Shown here: piece by piece, positions 8,170-11,517 of the stretch
Layout: every line of letters starts with the position of its first letter
Numbering within the stretch: position 1 is the stretch's first letter
From: Candidatus Hodarchaeota archaeon
GTDB taxonomy: Archaea > Asgardarchaeota > Heimdallarchaeia > Hodarchaeales > Hodarchaeaceae
NCBI GenBank assembly: GCA_016839785.1
Contig: JAEOTQ010000220.1
Span: 1-11,517 of the forward strand
Length of the DNA stretch: 11,517 nucleotides
Direction: 5' to 3'
Notes under the pieces: model-generated
Database searches by the model: none
The model's input: only the letters and a program-made list of their open reading frames with translations
What the model was told of the DNA's origin: nothing
Made by a program: the position numbers and the translations under genes

Positions 8170-11100
8170 TTAGAGTTTTGTCAATTGTAGCAGATCTTTC
8201 TGTTCAGCTTCAATTAATAGATTGATATTTATTGCATGATCTAAGAATTTTATCGCTTCACTTCGTTTATAGTCGTTGGAGAGGTGTGAAATGATCTGTT
8301 CAGAGAAGAAGTAGTGAGCTCCTTCTATCTTAAACATAATTTTCTTGATTTCACTGAACATTTTCATGTGTTTTCTTGATAGCTTCACAGAATCAAGTGT
8401 GAGAACTCCTTCATTGAGAACATACGCAGAAAAGTAGTGAAGTGGTATATACTTCCGTACCATCTTCTTAACGACGGTATTAGGAATTTGATCGCTACTA
8501 TAGAAATCCTGTAGTTCATTTGAATATTTCTTCTCGAGTTCATGACCGAGGGCTTTCAGATGAGTTTGGAAGTATTCGGGTAATCTTACCTCGGAGATAA
8601 TGATAAAGCTTGAATGATTCCCATGCCAAATTAACATATGTAAACCCTCACGGCTAAGAAATTCAATTTTATCCCGCTCTGTTTTTTCCTCAGATTGCGA
8701 GGACATACTTTCAGAGAGTTCTTCCATGAATGAGGACAACGCAGCACTCATCCCTGACAATGCATCAGTGTCGGTTTGGAGCTCTGCAATGGTTTTCTCC
8801 GAATAGAACTGTAATCCAGATTGGTGACGTGCTAAGATTAAACGGATGGATTTAATATCCTCGAAGCTTCGTTCGACAGCAATGTCTTGTCTCTGAATTT
8901 GTTGCTTACGGACTCTCCTTCGACGACGAAATACGCGAACAGTGCTAACAGCAGTAAATACGGAGATCAGAACGATGACAACAGAAATCAAAACAGTAGA
9001 GATTACTTCAAAAATATCTATTGCTGGGGGAAGGATTTTATAGGTTTCTAATTCAGTAGCTGGCATACTATAAGTGTAAGGTAAGCCTGATAAACTGGAA
9101 GCTGAGTAGATAGTAATATTCGTGAATTTTATTGCATCTTTGGTATAGATACCATTAATTGTAAACGTGCTTCGAAAACTTGAATTATCAGTCTGTTTTA
9201 TCATTTGGTAAATTCGTGGTGTCCCATTTTCGTATTCTAACACAACATAAAAAGTAATATTTACACTTCCTAGGGGAACTTGTTGAGCAATCTCTGCTCC
9301 AGTTCCACCTCCAGAGACATAAGCTAAAGTTGCAATAAAAATAATGTCTTCTCCTTGTTGAATGTTCTTTCCAGGTTCAATCTCAACACTTATTTCTGTT
9401 TCATATCCATTTATTGAAACATTAAATGAAATTGCTTGACTTTCATATCTATCAATACTTATAATGACCGACAGATTGTAATTTCCATACTGAATACCTA
9501 TTGTATCTAGTATAATTGAAAATGGGGCGTTTTTTATAGATGTAAGATGGTCGTGATCAACAGAGGAGTCATTCAACAGAATCACAACATTGTCTATAGT
9601 CTGAATTAAATCTGATGCATAAGTTAGGAACTCTTCGATGGTTATAGTTATGGTTTCTTCTACCATAATTTGATCGTTACTAATACTATATAGATCTAAC
9701 GGTTGTGTGGGCATTTCCACAATGTTAAATGTCAGCAAAATGAAGCTCTCTTGATAAATAGTGTGATATAGAGCGATATTTATTCCATGAGAACCTAGAG
9801 TTAAGGAATCTGTACTTAAATTGAAAAAGTAATATCCACTTGAATTAGAATACCAGAAATCAATTACTGAGGAATGATTGGTAGAATAAGTCCCGTTGGG
9901 AATTCCTTCATCATCCACTGTATTATTATAAAACAATGTGAATGAATAGCTTTCAGTATAATAGATAGAGGGAATTGTGGGTGTATAAGCCTGTTGCACA
10001 GTAGTCGGGCCTGCAGTGATGGTCAAGTTAAAGTAAAATTCTTGTGTTAGATAACCTGACATATTAAAATGAATAACAAGGTTAGAATAACTTTCACCGC
10101 TATTGTAATTTGTTGAAAATAATTGATAGGAGAAATCATCTAGCCCTTCGGTATAGTTTTCATAATCTCCATCCACAATCATAGTAGCTCCAGAGATAAA
10201 CGTGGTTCCAGATGAGTAATTGACTCTCAAAGTGTAACTCTGTCCATACTCTAAAATTAAAGGATTTGGAACATCTAATGCCGTGATTATGCTTGTATAG
10301 ACAACGGTTGTGTTCCATATACCAGTATGATTTATGTGCCCAAGCATCTCAAGAAATATTGTAACTTGGAGCTCTTGACCCGCTGAATGAGAGCTATTAA
10401 TGTCCCAAGTATAATTGTAATATCCATGAGGGGAATTGAAGTGTTCAAATTGGACAGGTCTTTGAAGTCCCCAATTTGGTACACCTGTTATATTGGCATT
10501 ATTAATTCCAGTCGAGTTATGTGTCGCATTATAATAGACAATTATTTCTAGAGCGGTATCTTCGATTACTTCTGTAGGAGCACTTATATCGGGTGTAGTA
10601 TGCACAAAAACCGAAATGTTCCGAGTATAGAAGCCCACCTGATTTTCCGTGGTGTTTTCCCAAAATGCATATGTCTGATAAGTTCCATTCACCATTGGTA
10701 GAGCTGAAGTTGTCTGAGTAATGTTCCAATTATTAACGGTTTCACCTAAATTGTTACTAATATCAGTATAAATCCTTGTTCCTGATTGAGCATCAATCCA
10801 TACACTGAAGTTGCGTCCTCCCTCATTAGGCATTTCGAATGTAATTTTTGCTTCAAGTGTATCCATGGAGGTGGCAGTAGTAACATTTGATCCGATAATC
10901 TGATCAAACCAGTTAAACTCTGCTATGTAATTAGGTGCTTCTAGCCAAACATGCCACGTAGTGTTAACTGCCAGCGAGCTAGCGTTCACGAGCATAGTGG
11001 TATTCCCATTTGTGTATTTATGAGCTGGATCACCGTCCCAGGTGACGTTGACATCATTTGTAAGATCTGAGTATTCCGGACTAGTTGAATCGTTCCAATA

Positions 11101-11517
11101 GATCTTTGTGCCGTTCCAATCACTCGAGATTTCCTTTATAGAGATCAGATGGGTTCTGACAGAATAATTAGTAGACACTTTTGCGGTTGAAAAAGTGATG
11201 TTCCAAAGACTTACCGAGTTGTTTTGAACGGAATAAGAAGTAACACCCGTTATAGGGGTTGTGGTATAAGTGAAATTTCCAATAAAGTTTAATGTGAACG
11301 AAACAGATGTATTAGAGATAAAATTGTGCTTTTGAGTCGTATTGGCATCAAACCAAGAAAACGAGGTTAAGCGACGCTCTCCTGCTGTTGTATTGTACAG
11401 TATTTCTATATCATCTGCGGATCCATACGTTGTTTTGATCCCAGATTGCTCCACAGGAAGAACTTGGATTTGTAGAGGGAGATCAGTTCCATCTTCAGAC
11501 GCCCACCCACCTCCAAA
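8170..11517 (-). CDS. Large single-pass membrane protein: beta-rich ectodomain with Ig-like repeats, TM helix, cytoplasmic longin/roadblock-like domain and possible winged helix; 5'-truncated by the window edge
   Basis: The frame stays open from the GTG at 11454 to the window end (FGGGWASEDGTDLPLQIQVLPV...). About 40 N-x-S/T sequons by manual count lie before the hydrophobic helix VISTVLISVVIVLISVFTAVSTV (approx. 9006-8938), which is followed by RVFRRRRRVRK (positive-inside). Then IRLILARHQSGLQFYS...DALSGMSAALSSFMEEL...HMLIWHGNHSSFIIIS, a longin-like pattern. Confidence 0.85.
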   Translation of the reverse strand, partial: FGGGWASEDGTDLPLQIQVLPVEQSGIKTTYGSADDIEILYNTTAGERRLTSFSWFDANTTQKHNFISNTSVSFTLNFIGNFTYTTTPITGVTSYSVQNNSVSLWNITFSTAKVSTNYSVRTHLISIKEISSDWNGTKIYWNDSTSPEYSDLTNDVNVTWDGDPAHKYTNGNTTMLVNASSLAVNTTWHVWLEAPNYIAEFNWFDQIIGSNVTTATSMDTLEAKITFEMPNEGGRNFSVWIDAQSGTRIYTDISNNLGETVNNWNITQTTSALPMVNGTYQTYAFWENTTENQVGFYTRNISVFVHTTPDISAPTEVIEDTALEIIVYYNATHNSTGINNANITGVPNWGLQRPVQFEHFNSPHGYYNYTWDINSSHSAGQELQVTIFLEMLGHINHTGIWNTTVVYTSIITALDVPNPLILEYGQSYTLRVNYSSGTTFISGATMIVDGDYENYTEGLDDFSYQLFSTNYNSGESYSNLVIHFNMSGYLTQEFYFNLTITAGPTTVQQAYTPTIPSIYYTESYSFTLFYNNTVDDEGIPNGTYSTNHSSVIDFWYSNSSGYYFFNLSTDSLTLGSHGINIALYHTIYQESFILLTFNIVEMPTQPLDLYSISNDQIMVEETITITIEEFLTYASDLIQTIDNVVILLNDSSVDHDHLTSIKNAPFSIILDTIGIQYGNYNLSVIISIDRYESQAISFNVSINGYETEISVEIEPGKNIQQGEDIIFIATLAYVSGGGTGAEIAQQVPLGSVNITFYVVLEYENGTPRIYQMIKQTDNSSFRSTFTINGIYTKDAIKFTNITIYSASSLSGLPYTYSMPATELETYKILPPAIDIFEVISTVLISVVIVLISVFTAVSTVRVFRRRRRVRKQQIQRQDIAVERSFEDIKSIRLILARHQSGLQFYSEKTIAELQTDTDALSGMSAALSSFMEELSESMSSQSEEKTERDKIEFLSREGLHMLIWHGNHSSFIIISEVRLPEYFQTHLKALGHELEKKYSNELQDFYSSDQIPNTVVKKMVRKYIPLHYFSAYVLNEGVLTLDSVKLSRKHMKMFSEIKKIMFKIEGAHYFFSEQIISHLSNDYKRSEAIKFLDHAININLLIEAEQKDLLQLTKL
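9040..10600 (-). repeat. About five degenerate 95-120 aa beta-sandwich (Ig-like) repeats at protein level
   Basis: A recurring pattern T-x-I...(YGQS/YTES/QGED)...l-x-Y...G-I-x-N/G-A...Y-x-F/Y-x-L...G-x-Y...Y-x-x-Q...F-N-L/V-x-I starts at TTPDIS, TSIITA, PTTVQQ, PTQPLD and ETEISV. No DNA-level tandem identity is visible. Confidence 0.55.

Noticed and set aside
7969-8190. 73-aa plus-strand ORF
   Set aside because: Antisense across two well-supported minus-strand genes.
10529-10729. 66-aa minus-strand ORF
   Set aside because: Alternative frame nested in the large membrane protein gene, whose main frame is uninterrupted.
11452-11454. GTG at 11454 as the true start of the 1094-aa protein
   Set aside because: The frame is open to the window end and no signal peptide follows this codon, so the gene starts further upstream.

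Overview
AT-rich, gene-dense archaeal window with eukaryotic-signature-like genes (gelsolin, longin and uDENN-like domains), most consistent with an Asgard archaeon; a Heimdallarchaeia-like assignment is only an inference. The left half is housekeeping and metabolic: the 3' part of a Cdc48/p97-family AAA+ ATPase, a divergent PAC2/Pba-family proteasome chaperone, a small orphan gene, seryl-tRNA synthetase, an ECI1-like enoyl-CoA isomerase and a GH57 glycoside hydrolase. The right half has three co-oriented minus-strand genes. The first is a large sequon-rich single-pass surface protein with a cytoplasmic longin-like domain and a possible winged helix, truncated by the window edge. The second is a longin + uDENN-like + leucine-zipper protein. 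The third is a two-domain gelsolin with a proline-rich linker and an extra C-terminal domain. This trio is the best candidate for an undescribed system, a possible surface-receptor to GTPase-regulator to actin-remodelling module. All domain calls come from reading motifs by eye; no searches were run. No rRNA, tRNA, CRISPR array or mobile element was recognised.
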